In this document: in pieces, positions 13,690-24,387 of the stretch | Layout of the letters: each line of letters opens with the position of its first letter | Position numbering within the stretch: position 1 is the stretch's first letter | Origin: Trichosphaerium sp. ATCC 40318 | Lineage: Eukaryota; Protista; Tubulinea | Direction of reading: 5' to 3' | Length of the DNA stretch: 64,000 nucleotides | NCBI GenBank assembly: GCA_038496445.1 | Contig: JALMLS010000353.1 | Location: 310,001 to 374,000, forward strand | Position numbers and translations under genes: made by a program | Notes under the pieces: model-generated | The model's database searches: none | Told to the model about the DNA's origin: nothing | The model's input: only the letters and a program-made list of their open reading frames with translations

Positions 13690-14150
13690 ACTTGCGCGCT
13701 AAGAGGCGTTTAAAACACATGGATAGTAAGGTCGTTTCGTAGGTTTGTATTAAAAAAACTTGCAGTTCCTAATAATTCTTGCCGTACTGCAAACTGGCTG
13801 ATCCCAGTTATTTTTTAGTACTCATGAGTTTCTTATTTGTTTGGAGCTACATTAGCATCCAATATAGTTAAATCGAATTATCACAAAAGCTCCAAGGAGA
13901 CTCCAGAGAAACTAGAAGGTACTGCACGCCATGGGAGAAACGACTGAGGTAACGTTGTATACAAAATATCGAGTTATAATAGTACGGAGTAGACACTTTT
14001 GGGCTCGGTGCAATTATAGGTGAAGCATTGTCCGCATATTGTACTAACAACCCTTCCCTATTGGGGTTTTTTGAAGCGTACTTGGTGGTTGGCATTGTAC
14101 ATGGTGCACACTTGAAGCGATTAACCGAACGTACTCTACCAACCTAGGTT
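13690..14150 (+). pseudogene. Degenerate protein kinase fragment (subdomains VIa-IX)
   Basis: Fragments in the expected order across frameshifts and stops: ALRG/LKHMDSKVVS*VCIK (VIa-VIb), KLAD (VII), TRRYCTP (VIII), YGVDTFGLGAIIGEAL (IX). Confidence 0.4.
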
Positions 14151-14829
14151 CTTGTTGCCTCCTGCTCCATTAGCATAGTGGTCATACAACTATAAATATT
14201 AATTAAAAGCTAACTAGATGAGGCAACAAATGACGTAAATTCATATGTACGTCTCTACAAAAAACGTTTAAATTCTTCGGGTCACAAGAGCACTATATTA
14301 AGGTTGATTAATGGCGATGAGTTAGGCAGAGTTAGGCAGCTAAATTTGCAGTTACTTCGCTCTATTGCTTAGTTGGTACAACATTGCGGAGATAAGAATA
14401 AAACAATTTGGCATCAATAAATCACCTTTAGTTTTGTTTTCAGCATATTATTTATTGCGTTCCTCAATAAGTTCTAAGCTCTCCTTGTAACCTTACTCCG
14501 AGGAAAAATCAGAATAATATCACAACCTACAAGTAGTTTATTCGCATCAAGCACGTGACCAGCCAAAGTGGCAAAAGAAGCATGCAAAAATAACTATTCA
14601 AAAAAAAAACTGAAAAAGATCACGGTTACCACGGAGTTTGCGTGCAGTTTTGATGTGCGTATTAATAAAATAAGTTTTAAAAAATACCCACAGGTAAACG
14701 TTTCGCGCCTGGAAAATAAAATAACCCGCCACTTGAAGGGATTTGGTAGTCAAATTTTTAACCCAATACTTACTGCAGTACACAACTTAACTTCATTGTT
14801 GGTGAAGCGTTAGTCGGGTCAGGAGTGGA

Positions 14830-16085
14830 ATGAGGCGTAACCCAGGCTCTCAAAGCCCTGTTATATTGAATGTATATACGCTATCCTATTACAAGAAGAT
14901 AAACAGGTTTACAAGTACTTTGGGTCTTGGTGGCGCTTTCCATACAGGTGTAGAAGGTAAGCGCGCTATTTCGGTGGTATTTTACGAAACGCCACGCTTT
15001 TTTCTTCGCGAGTTTTTTAACACACTTGTAGTTTATGGCATAGAATTCGCTTACGCATGTAACAGAGGTTAGTATACGTTTCAGTATTTTTTTGTCGTGG
15101 GAATCCGTAAAACGCTTTTTGTATTTTTTCAGTTAGTTAAAGTATGTAGGCGTACACGCATTAGAACCTAGAACATTTCCAGGGTGTATTTATAAGAAAT
15201 CATTCTACATGGGCGATGTACGAACCTTAAAGAAAAAAAATCTCTGTTACACTCATTTTGTAGTTTGTATACTTACAAAACACGTAGACTACTATTGAAT
15301 GGGAGGACATTGCCTCAGTAATCAGAGATATGAGGTTCGTTTTCTTTTTTAAGTAACTTCAGAACATCAGAACATAAACGAAGGCCTATTATCCTTGAAT
15401 AAGCAAAAAAAAAAACTAAACATAAACAAGTGAACTTTCGGTTCACAAAACCTTTTGGCGCTTGCGCGCAAGAACTGCATTTTTTTTTTTCTCGAGTCGG
15501 TTTATTTTTGTTTGTCGGTTTTTTTTATCGTTGTCTGATTTATTTCCACAGGGAGCAGTTTCGTGGCACTGACTATAATTTACTTACACATAATTGTCAT
15601 TCATTCTGTGAGGCTTTTTGCAGACAACTTGTGAACAGACGCATACCAAAACGGCTTAAAAAATTACCACGTATTATAGCACACTTTAGACATATAATAC
15701 CACGGATTAAAGTTCAACCGGTAAGGAAGAAAGCTACTACAACAAAAAAAAAAAAACAACAAAAAAAAATCCAGAAAAAGAAAAAATATGGCCTTTTTTG
15801 TTGTTTTACTCAATTCGTTGTCTTATAGATTTTAGGAGTTGAAGATAATAGAACCACGCAGTGTAACTAGATGTATAGATGGGGACGCTTACTCAAGTTA
15901 TTCAGAGGACTCTTCTGTACGTTCTTCTTGATCAAACGGTTTTTTTTTCAACAATTTTTGGCTCGTTTTTTCAATTCCGACTTGCAAGAAAACGCACGTA
16001 CTCACTTGAACTTTCTACAACGTGGCCGCAACAACATTCAAACGTATTTTTAAAACCTACTGTGGTCAGACACCCTTCTAAATAG
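14830..16085 (+). CDS. PPPDE/DeSI family (C97) deSUMOylating/deubiquitinating peptidase; 3' end uncertain
   Basis: VILNVYTL, GAFHTGVEVYGIEFAY (catalytic His) and FRGTDYNLLTHNCHSFC (catalytic Cys), joined across GT-AG introns. Confidence 0.9.
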
Positions 16086-16626
16086 CTCAAAAACTATCAC
16101 CCTTTTATCGAATTTTCAGAAAGTTTGATTTTACAAACTACTTTACTACGGACTTTTTCTAATTTTAGATTTATTTTTAGACTGATGGTGATTACGTTGT
16201 TGAGTATGTATACCTATAACACACAAAAGAAGCAAGCCCGTGGAAGTGATGTAAACGCTCGAAAGAGCCTTCATGGCGCTCTACGACCTTTGCTTTCTTA
16301 ATTTTTTTCAAAATCGCGTAACTCTTTGGAGACCGATTACCTCGTACAGACTTATGCGGAATCCTTTGCATTGTATATTACGGATTCACGACCTTTGCTG
16401 TAGTCAATGTATCATAAATATTGTAAATTAGCTTGCCAGTCGTTTGTATTTCGTTCCTTGACTTTTCTTTCGTTCCTTTACTGCACCCAATTTGGAAATA
16501 TATTCGTACCTAACACAAAAAATGTACAACATGTACAAAAATAATAAATTAGGTAGCTACCTACAAAATAACAAGACAACTTTTGTGTGTAGTTTATTGT
16601 TGATACAAATGTCTAATTAGTGTCAT

Positions 16627-17463
16627 TTATTCCCAAGGAGCTTTCCATCCGTTTTTCTTCTTTTCCAGATAGTACGTATTAAAAGGATCAGCGCTACATG
16701 AATGGTCTTCAACAATAAAAACACCAATAACTGCCTTTGATATAGGTGATATACAGTGAATGAGGTAACATTGAATCTCTCCATTATCATACTTTAGACA
16801 CGTGAGGTTTTTCAATCCCCACTTTTTTTTCTTCAAAACTTCTTCGAAACTCTTCAACACCTCAGGTTTTTTCACGTGTTCCGAGAACGTTTTTAAATCA
16901 AATTCGCTGAAGCAATCAATATGTTCTTCATAGTCAAACGTAAATCTCTTGAACAGGCTCATTAGTGCGTGGTCTCCCTCGTCATCTTCTTTTAAGGCTA
17001 TGTAGAATGGAGTGAAAATTGGTACATCTGGGGAATTGTAGTAGGCGAATTCAAAGCCATCTAGGTGAGTAGCGAGCGAGGTAGCTATCTTCTGGTTATC
17101 ACATCTTTCCTTCCAACAGTCTACATCGCCTTCCACAATCCAAACCTCTCCGTAAAGTCCTTCAGCACGTATGTCGTAGTCACCAGTCGCTGCTACTTCG
17201 AGAACTTCTTTGTATCCGAGAATGTCAGAAGCTTTGAAATATTCCCAAATGCCGTTGTTGTGAATGTAACCCTCATCGGTGATTGTGGCGTACAGAGAGA
17301 TGTACTTTTGTCTCCAATACGGTACACGTGATTTGATAAACTTTTCGTAGCACTTCGATACCGTCAAGTACGTATAAAGAGATGCCTTGTCAGTGTTGTA
17401 CTCCATGATCACCATTACAATCTCTTTAGGGAGTTTTTTGTTTAAGGCTGTTGTGTTGTCCAT
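16627..17463 (-). CDS. Intronless protein with F-box-like N-terminus and unknown C-terminal domain
   Basis: 278-aa uninterrupted ORF. KKLPKEIVMVIMEY...YLTVSKCY...YWRQKY resembles an F-box. Confidence 0.72.
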   Translation of the reverse strand: MDNTTALNKKLPKEIVMVIMEYNTDKASLYTYLTVSKCYEKFIKSRVPYWRQKYISLYATITDEGYIHNNGIWEYFKASDILGYKEVLEVAATGDYDIRAEGLYGEVWIVEGDVDCWKERCDNQKIATSLATHLDGFEFAYYNSPDVPIFTPFYIALKEDDEGDHALMSLFKRFTFDYEEHIDCFSEFDLKTFSEHVKKPEVLKSFEEVLKKKKWGLKNLTCLKYDNGEIQCYLIHCISPISKAVIGVFIVEDHSCSADPFNTYYLEKKKNGWKAPWE

Positions 17464-18460
17464 TGATACTCTTTGCTAATTTATGGTTTTAAGTCGTTGT
17501 ATTTATTAAGTTCTAGAGGCACGCGCTCGAAGCGTGCCACTTGGAATTAACAGATAAACTTGAACGAGCGTTTGTGAAGTATAGTTTAGGAACATAGTTT
17601 GTGTAACACAAACGATGTTTTCTTGGCAGTATTTGTACTGGAAAATAAACTATTGGGTTAATAGGCTCACTAGATATGAGGCTTTGTCATAGTTGTTATG
17701 AAAGTTTTTTGTTATGAACAGTTTTAACTTGGACTGGGTCTTGTCACAAAAGATCGTCTCGCTGTTCTTAATTTGATTGAACAAGGACATAGTCTAATGC
17801 GTTTGGTAGGGTTAGAATTACACTTATAACACAGGATGTTGCCATTTTCAGCCACAGCGAACTTTTTATCCCAAACTAATGAAACCCAAGCTAGCCATAT
17901 CAATGACTTACAAAATAATATCTCATAAAGCGTTCCTTTGTGTACGTGTTGATGGGCTTGCTTCAAAACCGCAGGTAAACTAGGTGTTAATATTTGTACA
18001 AGTTGTATTTTACTATGGCATCCTACGGAGACCAATACATTTTTCTCATGATTGTAAAAAAACCTATCAAAAGTAACAAAAAGGTGGAGAACGTTGGACA
18101 TGCTGAGAAATCTGCACAAGGTTGTTTTTTTTCTATCCTTTCTTAAAAAGGTAATTGTCGCCTTATTTGTTTAAATTAAATTCCTTAAACTTTCTGCTTA
18201 GCCAACGATGTTGTTGGTCTTAAAGGTGAAATTAACAATTATACAGTACGCTGGTACTAAACAAGTGACTTATAAGAATCCTTACCGACGGCGTAGATAA
18301 AGGACCTAGAGCAACGTACAAATATAAATCAGTCAATCAATAAAAATAATCAATAAATGATACTGCTTCATTTACATGGAATACCGAGAGCAACTTGTGA
18401 TACTGCAATAACGTATTGAAGGCAAACTTGTACTGTACAATTTATTTTATTCTGGAGCAA

Positions 18461-19290
18461 TCAATTGAGAGGCTTCATAGGTATGAATACAATTTTTTCA
18501 AATGGTTGGCTTCTTTGAACTTCTGGCATGCGCCAAAACTTACTAGCGTTTTGTATCCGTTCCCACGGATTTAATGTTTTGTTTGTATTGCTTTTCATTT
18601 CTCTTCTTCGACTCTTTGATGCCGAAGTATGTATCACTGACCCATACCGAGAAGTAAATTGTTTAAAATCACGTGCCAACAGTGTATTACTATACGTCAT
18701 CAAACGTTTTTTGTGTTGTTGACCTCTTCTTTGTTGTTGCCTTTGTGTTTTTTGCCTCTTTACAATTTTACCGTTCTTATACTCCGGATATTGTTTGTAG
18801 CATACTCCAAGGTCTTTGCTCATAGGTAAGGCTAGTCTTTGAGGAAGCCATAAAGGGTTCGCCTTAATTGGAGGTAGTCTTAAAAAATGAGATTAGAATC
18901 AATTTAAAACTTAAAAAAGTGCTTTTAGTTTTAACCCAAGGCTCTACAAGCGTCGGAAAGGCGTAATACACCTTCCTTACGCGCAATACATTGTTGGGGG
19001 GTATTAATTCTGGCTAGAATAAGCAATAAACGATCCCGAAGGAATGTTTTTACCGATCTCGCTTTCAAAGAGTTAGCTTCGTACCTTTCAGTCATTACAC
19101 AAGGTAATGTATATCTATCTTCTTGAGGATCTTTTTTTGCCATGCGTTGAAGTAGAATAAGAGAATCTGCAGCGACTGTTTGTCTCGTATCAGGTTCGGC
19201 GCAAGCAGAGGTAACATTTGCCCTGTTGCTTAAAATATCACGTGGTAAACGCGGTAAAATACACGTAGTAGTATTTCCGGTGTTTATCAT
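18461..19290 (-). CDS. Orphan family paralog A (2 exons, basic protein of about 220 aa)
   Basis: Exon 1 MINTGN...VAADSLILLQRMAK. Exon 2 LPPIKANPLWLPQRL...QYPEYKNGKIVKRQ...NPWERIQNASKFWRMP. Highly similar to 32567-33428 and related to 28055-29015. Confidence 0.8.
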
Positions 19291-20399
19291 TATTAGATTG
19301 TTTGAGTGTTGTTGCGACGGTGGAGTGATACAGTGTGAATGGCCGCATTGTACGTAATCTCGGAATTTGTTTTTATTTCGTTTTTTTTTTCTTTCGACAA
19401 ACGTTTGTAGCCCTACATTTTACAACAATACGTTTTATTACAGAAAGGTTCTCGGGATAGTTCCCGAGAGTCTATTGAATAAGATTTATCTTCCGACAAA
19501 ACTCGCTAAAACGAAAAAAAAGCGTTTTAATTTAAATCTGCGAGAAATAAAAGTTGAAAAAATAGCCACACAAATACTATTTCCCTTTGGATTCTGTGAC
19601 GTCATCAAAGGATTATATCTGTACCGAGATAGCCGAATTGTAAATCATCAAAACGCCTACGAGCCATTCGTAATATTGTTACGAACATAGTAGGTTTCAG
19701 TCACCCAAGCACGGGATAGTGTTAATCGTGAAAACAGTCAGCGTTCGGGCGGAGTTTTACTTATTACTGCACATTGCCTCATGCTAATCCACACATAAAT
19801 ACAGGATATAGTAATGTACAACAAAATGAATGTATCTAAAACATCAATATGGTTGTAACACGTTTTGTGTTTCACGTGATTGTTTTTAAAAACAAAAATC
19901 CAATTTGTACAAAAAAAAAAGGAAACAAAAATGATCAAATGTACTTTGTTTGTGTGGCCTCACCGTCTAATATTAGCTCCTGGTTTACTAAACATTTTAT
20001 AGTCACCGTGGTATGGTGGCACTGGCAAGAAAGCCTTCATGCAAAAAAAAAAAACCCAAAAAACTTTTTTGCTGTTGTGTATTGCTAACAGGTAACGATA
20101 AATTTCGTTGAGATTAAATGTACAACTATGTTAGCTCCATCTGGTTTCTATTTTAGCGCACGAAGAAGACTTGATACCAAAATAGAAACTGTCATTTTGA
20201 AAAAATGTGCGTAAAAAATCGGAGTTTGAAGAGATTTACCTCTGATATTTTGGGTGTTCTTACACAATATCATCGCAAAAGTCCATACCTATAGGAGCAA
20301 GAAAAAAAATACACTGGTTTATAAAGCGGAGCTTGAGTTATACAAGGTGACATTCTGGTATAATGGCGTTATATTGCTCTGAACGATAGCGCATACATC

Positions 20400-20820
20400 A
20401 AAATCGGCGTAAAACGCTATTGAAAATGACGCTGAGGATTTTCTTAACAAACGAAAACACATGATTTTGTACAATAAAAACAACGCTGTGGCTATCCAAC
20501 ATTCTTGTATTGACCATTCCAACAAGGTGCCAACGTATTCGTGCGCTCTTATAGAACAGCAGCAAGATGCCTAGAAGAAGGAAAGTTAATGCCTAAACTT
20601 ATCACGAATGTCAATAAACAAGGACATGATCTATCAAGAATGGATACATAGTGTGTACCGGTCGCCTACATAGGGAATGGTCAATTCTGTCAATGGTAAC
20701 AAAGAACGAGAGTACAACTATTGGAATTCCAGTGGACTATTGCAAAATCAATTTATGTGCGTCAATGATGAAATAGAAAGAGGGGGAGCTTTAAACAATA
20801 TTATGATAGCCATGTAGATG
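20400..20820 (+). pseudogene. Decayed MORN-variant (YwqK-like) repeat gene
   Basis: VNGNKEREYNYWNSSGLLQNQFMCVNDEIE matches the repeats of 40091-40789 (e.g. HGEFKSWYSHGILREFYHCVNDKIEG), surrounded by stops and frameshifts. Confidence 0.6.
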
Positions 20821-21249
20821 TAAGCCAAATTGTGAATACAATAAAAGGATTTTTATTAAGACAGCATACATTGGCATGTACACCTACCATTGGCTGCGTA
20901 CTACGGACTAGGGTTTTAATCATTACAATAATGAAATGTTAGTGTCCTTATAGGGCGATTTAGCATCAAGTAGGGGTTCACTGCACTGCTTTGTTAATCA
21001 AACAAACATTTGGAATATTGATAAGCTATTGGTTGCACAACTGGGTGCGTCACCACTTCCTGGATGCATAGAAGAGAACTATGGTACTCCCATCTTTATT
21101 GTTGTGTTACAAAGAATGCTGTGCAATAGCTAACCTTGTATTGCAAGTAACCTTGTCAATCTACTTTCTGTGTACAACTTAGTGGGTCTAGCAAGGTGTA
21201 TCGAAGCTGCTTTGACCAAAACTGATTGCCACAGATATTATAGCTTGTG

Positions 21250-21480
21250 CACTTCCTTGAATAATAGAATTGAAATGGTAGCGTTTGCCCTGAGATTTTA
21301 TACTATACTAAATAACAAAGTCAGATCAGCTACACAAAATGTAAGTTATACTTTTCATCATACTTAACAGCACTATTGTCAGGTGTTCATACGATCATTA
21401 CACCCTTTCTTACAATGAAAGGGATTAACTGTATAGCTAAAAACCAACTACTCAGAAAACTGTAGACCTTAAGTTAAATC
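21250..21480 (+). pseudogene. Relic of the F-box/LRR family
   Basis: ttaacagcactattgtcaggtgttcatacgatc reads LTALLSGVHTI and shares 14 identical nt (tcaggtgttcatac) with the LRR gene at about 6222. No intact frame. Confidence 0.4.
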
Positions 21481-21661
21481 AGGCTTCATTCAGTTGTGCT
21501 TTTATTCTGCAAGTCCTAGTGTAAGTTTTTTTACCTACAAGACATCTTAAATTGATTTATTACTTCGTTGTTTTGCATACGTGAAAAAATCACGTGAAAT
21601 ACACGTGTTATTCGTTGACATATTAAATTACTATATGGGAACAGTCAAACGGTTTATTATA

Positions 21662-21971
21662 ATGATTCAATGCTATCCGCACCTTCTCTTGCTTTTACCT
21701 GTGATATCTAAAGCGCTATTAGGTATCTCAACAGGTGAGAACTTGCCATCATTACTGTAGACTTACACATCCCTTACTAGATAGTCTCAATGATACATTT
21801 CCATCGACTAACGGTGAGGCTAATGAAGATTTATTTTGGAGTAGCTTCATCCCTGTTGTTGCTATATTAGCGTTTGTTCTATTTATTGGATGTATATCAA
21901 AAGTGTTACTTTGGTTTAACAGCAAGAAAATAATTGATAGAGCACGCAACACATCTACCTTTGTATTGTAA
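21662..21971 (+). CDS. Small (about 87 aa) single-pass membrane protein, 2 exons
   Basis: MIQCYPHLLLLLPVISKALLG signal-like segment; in-frame GT-AG intron 21735-21780; short ectodomain; TM FIPVVAILAFVLFIGCISKVLLWF; basic tail ending TFVL*. Confidence 0.6.
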
Positions 21972-22359
21972 ACAAACTCATTTGAAATAAAAATGTCAAA
22001 GCCGATAGTTTTACGTGGTGTAATTTTGTTTGTGCTACCCAGTGTTTCTATATTTGTATATCACCTATATGGCACGTGGGATGTGTTAGCTAAGATTCTA
22101 CACGCAAGGGTGCTACTTTGTATTGAGAGTGGATTGTGCCAGCGTTGCATGAACAAACACAATCTAACTTACAGTTTAATTTGTTTCTCTAAGTACAAAA
22201 TACACTATTTAGGCTAGCGGATCAAAACATCTTTAGGTTGGACGTCTTCAGCCATTTAAAGCTCGCCAGTTGACAACAGTTCATTCCTCCGTATTCAAGA
22301 AACAAGGTCTTAATAATTGAGGAAGTCACAATTGTCACCAACAACAACCACAGCCACAC

Positions 22360-24387
22360 ATGGTCGAAACGTCAAAGTATTGTATTTTGGCTGCAATTGT
22401 ATTCATTACACTATGGATATCTCCAATCACTTCTCAACCTCAAACCAAGTGTAGTTATCCCTACAACTACGCTAAAGCAGTACCTGAGATTGATTTAAAG
22501 GTACTACGGCCGGGAAAGGGGGAAAACTAATACAACGGTTTACTAAATCACGTGATGTAAGGCTACAATTATAACAGACGCTGTTTCAAAGGCCGTTGAT
22601 ATCATTAAAACAAGTCTTGTAAAAACAAGAACCAGAAAAGCGGTGAGCGCAGCTATCGTCTACAATCAAACGACGCTTTGGTCAGGAGGATTTGGTACGT
22701 TGAATTTTCTACATTTTTTACACTGTCACTTGACATTTGGGAACACGTGATTTTTTTAAATATTTATTTTTGGGTAACTCTTTTTTTTCACAGGAAGTAT
22801 GGACTATAGAAATCCGAACGCTCCTTCTCCTGATGGAGATTCTTTGTACCGTATTGCTTCTCAAACAAAAGTCTTTACTTCTTTATTGGCTCTTCTTCTA
22901 CATAAACAGAAAAAACTAGACATTGAAGACAGTGTTATGGAGAAGAACCCATCTTTCAAATTAAACTTCGATCCTTTTGGTACCAACAAGTATATCTCCT
23001 TCCGTCATTTAGCTACTCAGTTATCTGGACTCCCTCGGGAGAGTCCTTGTAGCTTCCATGAATGTAACACAACTGAAAGTAACTGGGAACGTATAAGCGA
23101 GCTTGCTATACCAGTTACACCTCCAGATACGCTGGCATCTTACTCAAACCTTGGGTTTGCTGTTCTTGGTCGCTCTATTGAAAGTACGTCTCATAGAACT
23201 AAGCCAAATCATCTGTGAACCTAGTACTAATGTTATTTGCACAAATAGATATGATGGGTATCAGTTACGAAGATCTTGTTAACAGCCTTATTCTATCTCC
23301 TTTGGGAATGAAAAGTTCTGGGTTTAATGTCACGCCTGCTGTAGAAGCTTTAATGCCTGAAGCACCTACTCACCCTAAGGTACTTCAAATTTTGAACCTC
23401 GTGCTTATTGTTCTATTCTTTAGAACCTCAATATGAACTTCTCGAATCCAGGCAAGAAATGAAATGTTTTTTATACTTGTTAAGTCTGTTTTAGCGGGAC
23501 AAATGTATTCATCAGCGAATGACATGGCGAAGTTTCTTAAAGCTTTTTTTAAGGATGGTGATGGTCCTATCCCTAGAAATGTTGCCAACCAAGCCATGAC
23601 TGTATATTTCAGCGATTTCAACGGAGATGGAGGCATAGGTATGCGGCATATTTAAGGTAGTCTTGCACCACTCAGATCTATTTATAGGCGCTCCTTTTGA
23701 GGTGGCGTATGAAGACAACTTGTGGGTAATGACGAAAGGAGGGTCAATACCTGGATGGGATAGTATCAGTATATGGGTTAAAGAATTAAAAGTTGGGATA
23801 ACAATACTTACTGCTGGGACAAACCGTATGTTTTGTAGTTTGATTTGCTTTTTTTACCATTGCGACTTTGAAAGACTTGTTAAACGTTAATGCCTTCTGC
23901 TTACTTTTTTGCAGCCTATGATATAGCTAATGAAATTGGAAAGCCCGTTGCATTTGCACTCTTACCTGCAATACAAGCAGCAATTGCCAAAGCGCAAGCG
24001 CAGATCAAACCTTTCCCTCCTGACCCGGTTGATTATTTGGGTTGCTATCACGGTATGAGCTATGGGGAGCCTGCCAACTATTGCTTGTCAAGAAACCAAG
24101 ATGGTTATATTATACTCTCACGTGGGTTCGGTATTAAGGACTTTACGATGTTGTTTCAATTCAAAAAAGGAAACGACTTGTTTTTTAAACTAGGTACAAA
24201 TTGATACACTTTTTTTTGGTTGTTGATTTTCTCTTTTGTAGATATGAGTACAGAAGGAGGTTGTCTTGACGAAGAAGTTAGTGCTAGTCAACTTCAATAC
24301 ATTATTGTTCATAAAGATGACAACGGTGGTTACTTTGTAAGCGCGCCTGCTTTGATTGGAGGTGTAAATTTGTACCCGAAATCTTAA
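22360..24387 (+). CDS. Secreted beta-lactamase-family (class C-like) serine hydrolase, multi-exon
   Basis: Signal peptide, YRIASQTKVFT (SxxK), HLATQLSGLPRE, YSNLGFAVLG (YxN), PLGMKSS, AGQMYSSANDMAKF, TKGGSIPG. Confidence 0.92.

Noticed and set aside
17724-18119. 131-aa minus-strand ORF with several Cys
   Set aside because: Non-ATG start, no recognisable domain and no clear splice structure.
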